Shown here: positions 40,301 to 47,819 of the stretch, piece after piece
Position numbering within the stretch: the first letter of the stretch is position 1
How the letters are laid out: the number at the start of each line of letters is the position of its first letter
IMG/VR virus record: IMGVR_UViG_3300034019_001677
Coordinates: 4,047-68,046 of that record
DNA from: a virus
Direction: 5' to 3' (one strand)
DNA length: 64,000 nucleotides
Notes under the pieces: model-generated
What the model was told of the DNA's origin: nothing
Database searches by the model: none
The model's input: only the letters and a program-made list of their open reading frames with translations
Translations under genes and position numbers: made by a program

Positions 40301-41052
40301 GGGGCGATGCCAACGCGCCGGGCCATCACCTTGGCGGGCATGGCGTGGCTGCTGCCTGGCATGACCCATTCGAGGCCGCGGCCATACTCGTTGCGGCTGA
40401 TCTGCGGCTCAGGCGGGGTTTCCTGCTCGATCTCGCGATAGATGTTGCCGATCCGCTTGAGCTCTTGCTGGAGCTGGGCCTTCTCCATCTCGAGCTTGGC
40501 AACCGTCTGGGCACTGGATCGGACCCGCTTGAACCCTGCTTTTTGGTCGGCGGTGTTGAAGCCCAGCAGCTTTACCGCCGTCTCGCTGCTCACCAGGCCG
40601 GTGCTGCCATCGGGCCTGCGCACCTTGAACTGGTGAACCACCCGTCTGCCGGTTTCGGCATTCTGCTCTGAACGCTCCCAGTCGCTGACCCGCTTGAGCT
40701 GCTCCTCTCCGTGGCTGTCCTGGAAGCTGTCCATCATCCACTGCCATTCGTAGGCCAGCAGCTCAGCCCCTGATGGGCCCTTCACTGGCGGATTGAAGGA
40801 AATGGGCTCCACAGGCCGGCGGCGGCGGGTGTCGTCTGGTGGAGCGCCTGGATCTGCCCCTTGGCCTTTGTGGCATTCCTTGTCGCGATTGATCCAGCCC
40901 TGACCGCACGGCTCACCAGTGCCCTTACCTGCTGCTGGAGGGCTGCCTCCTAAATCGAGACCCAGCTGGCCTGGGACTTCAGCTCGGCGCCGGAGGGCAT
41001 CCAGGCGGTGCTGGATCAGCTGTGCACGGATCAGCGCAGGCCGGGTCTGCAT
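37363..41052 (-). CDS. Large modular protein with three Cys-motif-delimited modules and a C-terminal zincin metallopeptidase
   Basis: 'HELGHAVD...SKYSLTNREELFAESF' (HExxH plus E); two full Cys4 linkers and one variant; likely start is ATG 41052. Confidence 0.8.
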   Translation of the reverse strand: MQTRPALIRAQLIQHRLDALRRRAEVPGQLGLDLGGSPPAAGKGTGEPCGQGWINRDKECHKGQGADPGAPPDDTRRRRPVEPISFNPPVKGPSGAELLAYEWQWMMDSFQDSHGEEQLKRVSDWERSEQNAETGRRVVHQFKVRRPDGSTGLVSSETAVKLLGFNTADQKAGFKRVRSSAQTVAKLEMEKAQLQQELKRIGNIYREIEQETPPEPQISRNEYGRGLEWVMPGSSHAMPAKVMARRVGIAPRAASTPEEAHLMPHERSTMVSHWVAARVAERLGKTRMPTHGSFNGDMHYKVEDVDKRIQKARKRLEAVVAAEAEQGANRADSIQERIDALKRRCTTGYSCGRACISIQKECRVSPGSTTGKERLQRLFSLARGDIKPRGIGVPNAAEAQAMAGKIRAENSEKQALVKAERKRQEAAAAAAGVKKPKVIVQLRRAKPGGETGPDGHWYPGGAWMSEGSFVGAKPLKLGEGEAGGQGEKATGGDREPRVIRNKRPSFPERPIKPKGEGLPRPTGLKKMAAKNDELFFGDDGYILYPRRQPSDKTPGLVGSLFEAAVTQRMSTDELNWATEQIKQQAYRSTDPERRKFFDDQMADIDDEIARYGGPEAYGGPDGHRWTARTQLTGVDAERYIAGQRFMSASRLLTDASPARQRRNERYRDPRFEDWIVPEQGDQDQWVWGLNNVFRAVRIRRERLQSPRADSTLKSLFRGNSLQQRIDALRRKCSTGYSCGATCISLRKECRTSPGSAIGKERLKRLLALAGGAPSNQRGIGTVKTGEAAEIAQGIAAQRSQKALQLLEQRGQLGRDGLIPTNLPFSPEVEARIAQGIKERTIRTGAVNYGGEELAAALLKVARDAPGEAGVNARKALAFMEEAGILVNVAAESSGEIKRITGKEIGSKEIPWNDGKKLAKMVVEMGLVSDERMEWMRKDNTIAGAGLVRKAEIIRNPSKLKPAPEELRAKQRLADHLADLADQTAQFDRGIAQGWRFEEDRKKELSYYTTNVSYARKTYNSLKESRLNELKWAAQELITSNTKGLADLNSGGFYVFGQKAYVARAGTTGWDGDLKPEASKIDPRKLRRSYSSHIAKHLPERLGSLSDSDPETWNVKSMPIGYGFNLTGAEKAISVHVHELGHAVDSFAGVRLRTDLPANTSSGKGETVLMHSLHSERQRSTPAAVTQSLNQGRGPSKYSLTNREELFAESFTAWVFAPRALKQYHPALHD

Positions 41053-41053
41053 G

Positions 41054-43825
41054 TCAGCAGCATCTGGCGCGCAGGGCATCGAGGCGATCCTGAATGACGG
41101 AATCCATCAGTGCTTTCACGCTGTTCTTCATGCTGACCAGCTTCTCGAACACCTTCCGATCACCGCCGGCATCCGGGTGGTGCTTCATGGCCAGCTTGCG
41201 GAAGGCCTTGTCCACATCGGCCTTGGTGGCCTTTTTCGGATCCAGGCCGAAGGCCACCCAGGGGCGGAAGTTCTTGAGGATGTCCACCCCGTTGATGACG
41301 CTGCCGCCGTCCTTGAGGCCACGCTCATCCCTGGGGACCGCAACGAACCGCCGATAGAGCTGGCGCCACTCCTCCTCGGCGTTCTTGCCCTTGAGGGTGC
41401 GGGGGTTGTCACCCACGACCGACTGCTGAAAATTCTTGTTGGCCATCAGGGCGGCCGTGCTCTTCACGTTGAACGACTTGAAAACCGCCGATCGCATCTC
41501 CCTGATGGTCATGGGCTTGGCCGTGCTGGCCGGGCCCTTCCCTTGGCCCTCCGATGCCTTCTCACTTCCTCCCCTGCTGGAGGGGGCCTCCTTGGCCCTG
41601 GCGCCACCGCTGACAGCAGGGCCGCCTTCCTTGCCAGCCGCCAGGGCGAGAATCCGCGTCATCTTCTGCTGATTGGCGCCGCCGGGGGTCTTGCGGCAGA
41701 CCTTGCCCATCGAAATGCAGCTGGCCCCGCAGCTGTAGCCGGTGCGGCACTGCCGCTTCACGGCATCGATGCGCTGCGTGGCCATCGCCTCACGGATCAG
41801 CCGCTGGATTCGCTGCTCACGGCTGTCGGTGCGGCGGTTCATGCTGCCGAAGGTGTTGGTGCCCACGGCCTTCATCAGCTCATCCAATGCGGGGGCCATC
41901 TTCGCGATCTGCTCCTTGTTGGGCCACAGGGGGCTCTCACCGCCCAGGCCTGAGAGGTAGGTGTTCTCCTGCCCCTTGGTCTTCAGCTTGTGCTGCACGT
42001 ACCGCTCGAAGGTGCGGGCGAACACCTCACGGCCTGAAGTCCAGTATGAATATTGAGCGCTGCCAGCTTTGATTCCATAGCCTGCCAGTCCGTCTCTCAG
42101 GGTAAACCGAAAGTCTGTGTCATCGATAGCCTTTCGGACGCTATCCATAGCCTTCCAAACCGGATTATCCGCCTGGCTTTTAGTCCCACCATTCGGGTCC
42201 CAGTACAAACCACTGGTTTGCTCGCTCAGGTATGCTGGTCCACTCCTCATGCGTGATTTACCGCGGGGAGTTTGCTGGCCGATGTAATCATCCAAGGCGT
42301 GCCCCCATTCGTGGGCCAGGGTGCCGACACCGTTCTTCCGGGTGATGTTGATCACTTTTGTCCCCGGCTCGTAGTGTGCCGCGGCCCGACCCTTGCCTCT
42401 GGCTCCGAAGGCCAGGCCCAGCTGGCCGTCCAGCGAGATGGCCCGATCTGGGAGCCCCGTCACGTCCGCCAGGTCGACCAGGGCCTCGGCGGTCTTGCGC
42501 AGGTGGTGGGCCCTTTCTTCATCGGTGACGCTGTTGCCGAACTGCAGGCCCCGCATTCCCATTCGGTTGGCGAGCACCGTGGTGGACCCGGCCGGCGTGT
42601 CATCGACACCCAGGGCGCGGCCGCCAGTGCGGACCGCCCTCTTCACGTAGAGGTCGGCGGCGTTGATGGTCGCCCCGCCGCGCTGCACCCCGGTGACCTT
42701 GTCGATCGAGGCCCCCCCCAGGATCTCCTGTGTGGCGTTGCGCATCACATCCGCCAGCTCAGCGGTGCTCTTTCCGTCGTTGGCCTTCTTGAGGCGGACC
42801 CCCAGGGTGTTGATCTGCCCGGTAACTGACGTTTTGGAGTAGCTGCCTCTGCTGGCCTTGTTGGTGAGGTCCACCAAGGAGTTGGCCAGGGGGTTGTAGC
42901 GATCGTATGTGTCCAGGGAGCGATTCCCCCTGATGGCCGTGATCCGGTTGGTGGTGGCCCGGGAAATTTCCGCGAGCATCTCGCGCGGATCAGCATCATC
43001 CCGTCGGCGGTCGATGATGCCCTTCACCTCCTGAAGGTGGTCGTAGTAGAGCTTGCGCATCTCCGCCGGGGTCTTCTTCCCGGTGATCTGGGCCCGGTTG
43101 TAAGCCTGGAAGGCCTTATCGGTGAAAGGCTGCGCCGGAAAGGATTTCAGGGCCAGGTGGCCGGCCAGGCGGGTGAGGTAGTTGGCGTTGGTGAGGCCTT
43201 CCGTCAGGTCGAGCGGCTCGGCTTTGAGCAGCTTGTCTCGGGTGACCATGGCCGCGGCCGTGCCATCGGCTTCTGCCTCGCTCAGCGAACGCCACTGGTT
43301 GGCCTTGTGCCGAGCGGAGCCCTTCAGGTCTTCCCCGACATTCCCCACAGTTGACGGCCTGGCGAACTCGTAGTCCGGATCCGCTGCCTTGGCGGCCCGA
43401 TCGGCCTCACCCCGGGGGGTGCCGGCCGGCGCCATAGGGCGATCGCCGGCGCTTGGGCGTGGCTGGCGGGCCTGTGCGGCGGCCTTGGCCGCGGCCTCTG
43501 CCGCCTGTGCTGCTTGGGCCTTCTCTGCCGCGGCCTGCTGGCGTACCCCCCGCAGCTGGCCCGCTTTCTCCCCCCGGCGGGTGGCGATACCCTCGGCCAG
43601 CTCACCGGCCTCCTTGGCCTTCACCGGGGCAATGCCGCGCTGGCTGGAGGCGCCCCCGGCCGCCAGGGCCAGCAGGCGCTTGAGGCGTTCCTTCCCGATC
43701 GCCGACCCCGGGCTGGTGCGGCATTCCTTCCGCAGGGAGATGCAGGTGCTCCCGCAGCTGTAGCCCGTGCGGCACTGCCGTTTGAGGGCGTCGATCCGCT
43801 GCTGCAGGCTGTCAGCCAGGTTCAT
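41054..43825 (-). CDS. Polyvalent protein: Cys4 motif, LPD1-like domain, Cys4 motif, DnaJ domain
   Basis: 'GLQFGN...LGLAFGARG...AHYEP...AHEWGHALD...EVFARTFE' is LPD1-like; 'AFRKLAMKHHPDAGG' is a J-domain. Confidence 0.85.
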   Translation of the reverse strand: MNLADSLQQRIDALKRQCRTGYSCGSTCISLRKECRTSPGSAIGKERLKRLLALAAGGASSQRGIAPVKAKEAGELAEGIATRRGEKAGQLRGVRQQAAAEKAQAAQAAEAAAKAAAQARQPRPSAGDRPMAPAGTPRGEADRAAKAADPDYEFARPSTVGNVGEDLKGSARHKANQWRSLSEAEADGTAAAMVTRDKLLKAEPLDLTEGLTNANYLTRLAGHLALKSFPAQPFTDKAFQAYNRAQITGKKTPAEMRKLYYDHLQEVKGIIDRRRDDADPREMLAEISRATTNRITAIRGNRSLDTYDRYNPLANSLVDLTNKASRGSYSKTSVTGQINTLGVRLKKANDGKSTAELADVMRNATQEILGGASIDKVTGVQRGGATINAADLYVKRAVRTGGRALGVDDTPAGSTTVLANRMGMRGLQFGNSVTDEERAHHLRKTAEALVDLADVTGLPDRAISLDGQLGLAFGARGKGRAAAHYEPGTKVINITRKNGVGTLAHEWGHALDDYIGQQTPRGKSRMRSGPAYLSEQTSGLYWDPNGGTKSQADNPVWKAMDSVRKAIDDTDFRFTLRDGLAGYGIKAGSAQYSYWTSGREVFARTFERYVQHKLKTKGQENTYLSGLGGESPLWPNKEQIAKMAPALDELMKAVGTNTFGSMNRRTDSREQRIQRLIREAMATQRIDAVKRQCRTGYSCGASCISMGKVCRKTPGGANQQKMTRILALAAGKEGGPAVSGGARAKEAPSSRGGSEKASEGQGKGPASTAKPMTIREMRSAVFKSFNVKSTAALMANKNFQQSVVGDNPRTLKGKNAEEEWRQLYRRFVAVPRDERGLKDGGSVINGVDILKNFRPWVAFGLDPKKATKADVDKAFRKLAMKHHPDAGGDRKVFEKLVSMKNSVKALMDSVIQDRLDALRARCC

Positions 43826-45792
43826 GTCTCTGCTCCATGCCCTGAAACGTAGGCATCACACACAGCGCCCATCGCCACCAGGTCGACGCCATCGATTCGG
43901 CGGATGGTGGCATTGGCGCCAATGGCATCACGAATCCCCCGCAGGTGCTGGTGTCCCAGGGCCAGCAAGTAGGCGCCGGTGGAGGGCTCGAACACCTCCC
44001 AGGCGCCGCTCAAATCCGGCCCCACCGCCACGGGGTAGGGGAGGGTCTGGCCGTAGGGCCCCTGCAGGCGGCCGATGCCCGGGCCATCCATCCGCACGCT
44101 CACCCCGAGGATCTGATGCACCTGGCCGGTGGCATCGTTGCGGGGCTCTTCATCCCGGCGGCGCTTGCGGCGGCCGCGGTGCTCGGTGATCTGCTCGGCC
44201 AGGGCCTGGGCCCGTTCTTCGCAGGCATCACAGCAGGGCTCATCGTCGGCATCGGTGCGGGGCGGAGTCTCGGGCGGCGCGGCGCCCTCCAAGGCCGCCT
44301 CATCGCCGGCAGCCTGAGCCTGCCCTGGAGGGGTTGCGGCCGGGTCGCCCTCGAGCGTGCCGCCAAACTCCACCGGGTCATCCTGCTCCGGCTGCGGAAT
44401 GGAACCATCCGCCTCGCGGTTCAACAGGGTGGTGTCGAGGCTGAAGCGGGGCTTCCCGAACCGCGCGAGCGCCACCTCGTTGGGCTGCAACACAGCGGTC
44501 TGGATGTATTGGCTGTCGGCCGCGGCCATTTTCTGGCGCAGCTCGGCCTGCTCGTCATCCGTGGGGGTGTAGGTGGGGCGAAAGGTGATCTCCCAGTCGG
44601 CGGGCAGGGCCTTGCCCTTCCAGGGGCCATCAGAGCAGGCCATCACCAGCTCGTAGATGTGCTGGAGGGGTTCTTTGAGGTGCTGGGCCTGCCAGTCGGC
44701 CACCTCGTTCCCGAAGGCCGCCTGTTCGCTGCGGCCATCGGCGCCGAGGCCCGAGGGGCTCTCGCCCCATAGCAGGGTGTGGGGCAGGCCGCTGGCGCCG
44801 GTGATCTCGGACTTCAGGCTGGTGAGGATGTCGGCGATACCGGCGGCCGAGCGGGTGAAGTTGGTGAGCTCCTCGTTGTCGTTCAGCAGGTAGGCGCCGA
44901 TGGTGGAGCGGGCCAGGGCGTTGGCCTGCAGTCGCGCGCGCAGCTTGTCTTCGCCACCGGCGGCGAGCATGTTGGAGAGGCCCGGCAGCTTGTGCACCAC
45001 CAGGTCGAAGTCGTGCAGGATGTCGGCGGCGCTCTGCTGGCCGGTCTCGTAGCGCTTGAACACGTCCCAGATCAGATCCACCACCGAGACGCCCCACCAC
45101 TGCCGCTCCTGCTGCGAGCGCCAGGAGCAGGGCATGCCCTCGATGCGGATCACCCGGCTGCTGTGGATCTCGATCTGGGTGGCATCGGTGAGGCCGAGGC
45201 CGGCGCTGGTGACTTGCTTGGCACCGGCCTGCTCGTTCAGCTTCTGGAGGTCGCGATCGGCCTGGGTCCAGAACCAGTAGCGCTCCGGTTCCCCGATCCC
45301 TGACCAGCCGGCAGCGGGGTAGAGGCGCCAGCGATCGATCGGGTAGAGGCCATGGATGGTGCGCAGCCGCTTGAGATTCAGCGGCTGATCGATCGGCGTG
45401 CGGTCGTCGGCAATCACGATGATCGCGCCGCCGCCGTAGAGGCGGCTGTAGGTGGCGGCCTGGGCGAGGGCCTGGCGGAGGTGCAGCTTCTCGCTCCAGC
45501 CGACCACATCATCGAGCTGCTTTTTCATGCGGCTGGAGGTTTCATCCCCCACGCTCAAATCCCAGCCGCTGCGGGTGCCCTGCTGGGGGAGCTTTTCGAC
45601 GATGCGGCGGATCAGCCAGCTCTGTTCGTAGAGGGCATCAATGGCCCTTTCTGTGAGGATGCGCGAGCGCTTGACGCCGATTGCCTCGTTGCGGTCCTTG
45701 GCGGTGCCCAGGCCGGTGAGCACATTGATGAGCGCACCATCAAGGCGATACCCGCCGCCGGGATCATTCGACTGCAGGAAACCGATCGCCAC
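43822..45792 (-). CDS. Portal protein (DUF1073 type) with C-terminal extension
   Basis: 'LY..SWL.RRIVE.L...R.G...RLYGG...IH.SR...SG.PHT.LWGESP.GL...W.I.F.P'. Confidence 0.9.
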   Translation of the reverse strand: MAIGFLQSNDPGGGYRLDGALINVLTGLGTAKDRNEAIGVKRSRILTERAIDALYEQSWLIRRIVEKLPQQGTRSGWDLSVGDETSSRMKKQLDDVVGWSEKLHLRQALAQAATYSRLYGGGAIIVIADDRTPIDQPLNLKRLRTIHGLYPIDRWRLYPAAGWSGIGEPERYWFWTQADRDLQKLNEQAGAKQVTSAGLGLTDATQIEIHSSRVIRIEGMPCSWRSQQERQWWGVSVVDLIWDVFKRYETGQQSAADILHDFDLVVHKLPGLSNMLAAGGEDKLRARLQANALARSTIGAYLLNDNEELTNFTRSAAGIADILTSLKSEITGASGLPHTLLWGESPSGLGADGRSEQAAFGNEVADWQAQHLKEPLQHIYELVMACSDGPWKGKALPADWEITFRPTYTPTDDEQAELRQKMAAADSQYIQTAVLQPNEVALARFGKPRFSLDTTLLNREADGSIPQPEQDDPVEFGGTLEGDPAATPPGQAQAAGDEAALEGAAPPETPPRTDADDEPCCDACEERAQALAEQITEHRGRRKRRRDEEPRNDATGQVHQILGVSVRMDGPGIGRLQGPYGQTLPYPVAVGPDLSGAWEVFEPSTGAYLLALGHQHLRGIRDAIGANATIRRIDGVDLVAMGAVCDAYVSGHGAET

Positions 45793-45893
45793 GGGCCGAT
45801 GCGCACAGGGCCAGGGTAGGCCTTATCACACAGGGACAACCTTGGCTGGGGATGTTACAACCCATAGGCTGGTAGAACATCCGACCTATCCCG

Positions 45894-46892
45894 GTGAGCT
45901 CGCCGCTGGACGCGATGATGAAGGCCTACGGGCGGCTGCCGATCCCCACCAGGGAGGAGCAGGTGCTGCTGGGCCGGAAGATTCGCGCCTGGCTGGACTG
46001 GGAGCCATCGCTCGAGGAGCAACAGCAGGGCATCACCGAACCCCCGAAGCGGCTGCGGCGGGCTGGGGAGCGGGCGCGAGAGCAGTTGATCAGCAGGAAC
46101 ATGCTGCTGGTGGCGGACCAGGCCCGTTCATTTTCGGTGAGCTCCACGCCGGCGCTGGAGCTGCAGGATCTGATCCAGGAGGGTGCGATCGGGCTATGCA
46201 GGGCGGCGGAGCTGTTTGATCCGGCCCTGGGCTATGCCTTCTCCACCTATGCGGTGCTGTGGATCCGGCAAAGCATGACGCGGCTGGTACATGGCTCTGG
46301 AGCCATCCATATCCCCACGAAACGATCCCAGGCGATGCACGGGCTGCGGAAGTGGTGCGAGGCGTTCAGTGCGGAAGAGGGGAGGCCTCCCACCGATGCC
46401 GAGCAACTGGCAGCAGGCATCACCGGCGTGCAGCGGCCCGGTGATCTGGTAATCCTGCGCCAGGCGGCGGCCGTCTACCAGCTGCGCTCTCTCGATGTGG
46501 TGATGGGTGATGAGGATGGCGACACCTGGTTGAGCACCGTGGCGGCCCCTGCAGATGATCCGCAGCCAACCGCCAGCAACAGGGAGTTGGATCAGGTACT
46601 GCAGATGCTGCAGCCCTGGCCGGTGCTGCAGGAGGTGATGGAACGGCGGCTGGCAGGCCAGACATTCTGGGAGATCAGCCTGGCAATGGGAATGAGCGAG
46701 CGGGCGGCGATTCGCCGCGGACGGCAGGCGCTGGCGATGGCGCAGCTGTTGGCGCGCAACAGCGCCATGGGGGATGAGCTGCAGGAGGAGGAGCTGGATT
46801 CTGATGAACCGCCAGCGGAAACTGCGCCGGCGCCGCCGCAGCATGTGGTGTACGTGCAGCCGTCCCTCCTGCCAGAGCCTGTACCCGCCTAG
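45894..46892 (+). CDS. Phage sigma70-family (RpoD/group-2-like) sigma factor
   Basis: 'AREQLISRNMLLV...DLIQEGAIGL.RA.E.FDP..GY.FSTYA..WIRQ' region 2. Confidence 0.92.
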   Translation: MSSPLDAMMKAYGRLPIPTREEQVLLGRKIRAWLDWEPSLEEQQQGITEPPKRLRRAGERAREQLISRNMLLVADQARSFSVSSTPALELQDLIQEGAIGLCRAAELFDPALGYAFSTYAVLWIRQSMTRLVHGSGAIHIPTKRSQAMHGLRKWCEAFSAEEGRPPTDAEQLAAGITGVQRPGDLVILRQAAAVYQLRSLDVVMGDEDGDTWLSTVAAPADDPQPTASNRELDQVLQMLQPWPVLQEVMERRLAGQTFWEISLAMGMSERAAIRRGRQALAMAQLLARNSAMGDELQEEELDSDEPPAETAPAPPQHVVYVQPSLLPEPVPA

Positions 46893-46905
46893 CACGTATG
46901 TTCCA
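46890..46905. promoter_or_regulatory. LexA-box-like site upstream of the LexA-like/nblA genes
   Basis: TAGCACGTATGTTCCA; close to RGTAC-N3-DGTWCB. Confidence 0.5.
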
Positions 46906-46947
46906 TTCCGGGGTAAAGTCGACCCGAAACCAGTCCATCACGATTTC

Positions 46948-47220
46948 ATGCGGGCACAGGCGCAACACCCCGAAGTCACCTCGGAGAGGGAGAAGGCGCT
47001 GACGGAGATGCAGCAGCGCACCCTGAATGCAGTTCGGGCCTACATCGATGCCAACGGCATCAGCCCCACCCTGAAAGATCTGAAGGCAGCGCTGGGGCTC
47101 TCATCTCTTAGCCCGGTGCAGTTCCACCTGAGGAACCTGCAGGCTGCCGGGGCGATCGAGCAGCGCCGTGGTGTGCCCCGCTCGATTCGGGTGTTGTGGC
47201 CCCGCCCTGAGGTGGCCTGA
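46948..47220 (+). CDS. LexA-like winged-HTH DNA-binding domain only (no S24 peptidase)
   Basis: 'LT..Q...L..V..YI...G.SPT.KDL...LGL.S.S.VQ.HL..L...G.I.....PRSI'. Confidence 0.85.
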   Translation: MRAQAQHPEVTSEREKALTEMQQRTLNAVRAYIDANGISPTLKDLKAALGLSSLSPVQFHLRNLQAAGAIEQRRGVPRSIRVLWPRPEVA

Positions 47221-47465
47221 TGGGCTGGGAGACGTTGCCAGGGGTGCCGGCTGAACCTGGGCCCATTGCGCTCACAGACGCCCAGGCTTTCGAGGTGGAG
47301 CGGTTTTCCCGGGCCATTGATGCCACCTCTGACCTGGAAGCTCTGCGGGGCCTGTGCAAGCAGCTGTTGCAGGCCTGGATGACACAGAAGTCTGTGACCT
47401 GCTGGGTCATGCGTCAAAACCTGTCAGAGCCTGCTCTAAACCACCGGATTTTGGAGGATTTCTGA
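47220..47465 (+). CDS. nblA: NblA-like phycobilisome degradation adaptor
   Basis: 'LTDAQAFEVERFSRAID...LRGLCKQLLQAWMTQK' helix-loop-helix NblA pattern. Confidence 0.75.
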   Translation: MGWETLPGVPAEPGPIALTDAQAFEVERFSRAIDATSDLEALRGLCKQLLQAWMTQKSVTCWVMRQNLSEPALNHRILEDF

Positions 47466-47773
47466 TGGTCTGGGGGCAATGGAGAGTGCCGGAGCTGAGC
47501 GAAGAAGACCGGTTTGCCTTGCGCGTGCTGGAGCTACAGCTTCTCGAAACAGTGGAGCGCCATCCCAGAACGTTGGTTCGGATGTGCGTGGTGCTGTCTG
47601 AGCAGTGCCGGGTCAGGGACAACATCATCAACAAGGCCAGCAAGCTGATTGCCGAGCTAGAAGCGAGCCAGGCCATTGCAGAGCCGCCGGCACCTCAGCG
47701 GCCTCAGCGGCGCCGGCGGCGCTGGCTGTGGCGCGGAGTTGAGTTCGTGCGGGCGGTGGTGCTGGGCCAATGA
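47465..47773 (+). CDS. Second, divergent NblA-like protein
   Basis: 'ELSEEDRFALR...L.EQCRVRDNII' aligns with canonical 'ELSLEQQF.IR...LYEQM.VRE'. Confidence 0.55.
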   Translation: MVWGQWRVPELSEEDRFALRVLELQLLETVERHPRTLVRMCVVLSEQCRVRDNIINKASKLIAELEASQAIAEPPAPQRPQRRRRRWLWRGVEFVRAVVLGQ

Positions 47774-47819
47774 TCGACCCTTCACACCTCGCCCAGCTGC
47801 AGGGCTGAACCGCAACGGT

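Noticed and set aside
43822-45792. Anti-CBASS Acb1 protein
   Set aside because: DUF1073 portals are sometimes labelled this way, but I see no 2H-phosphoesterase HxT/S pair, and the position fits a portal
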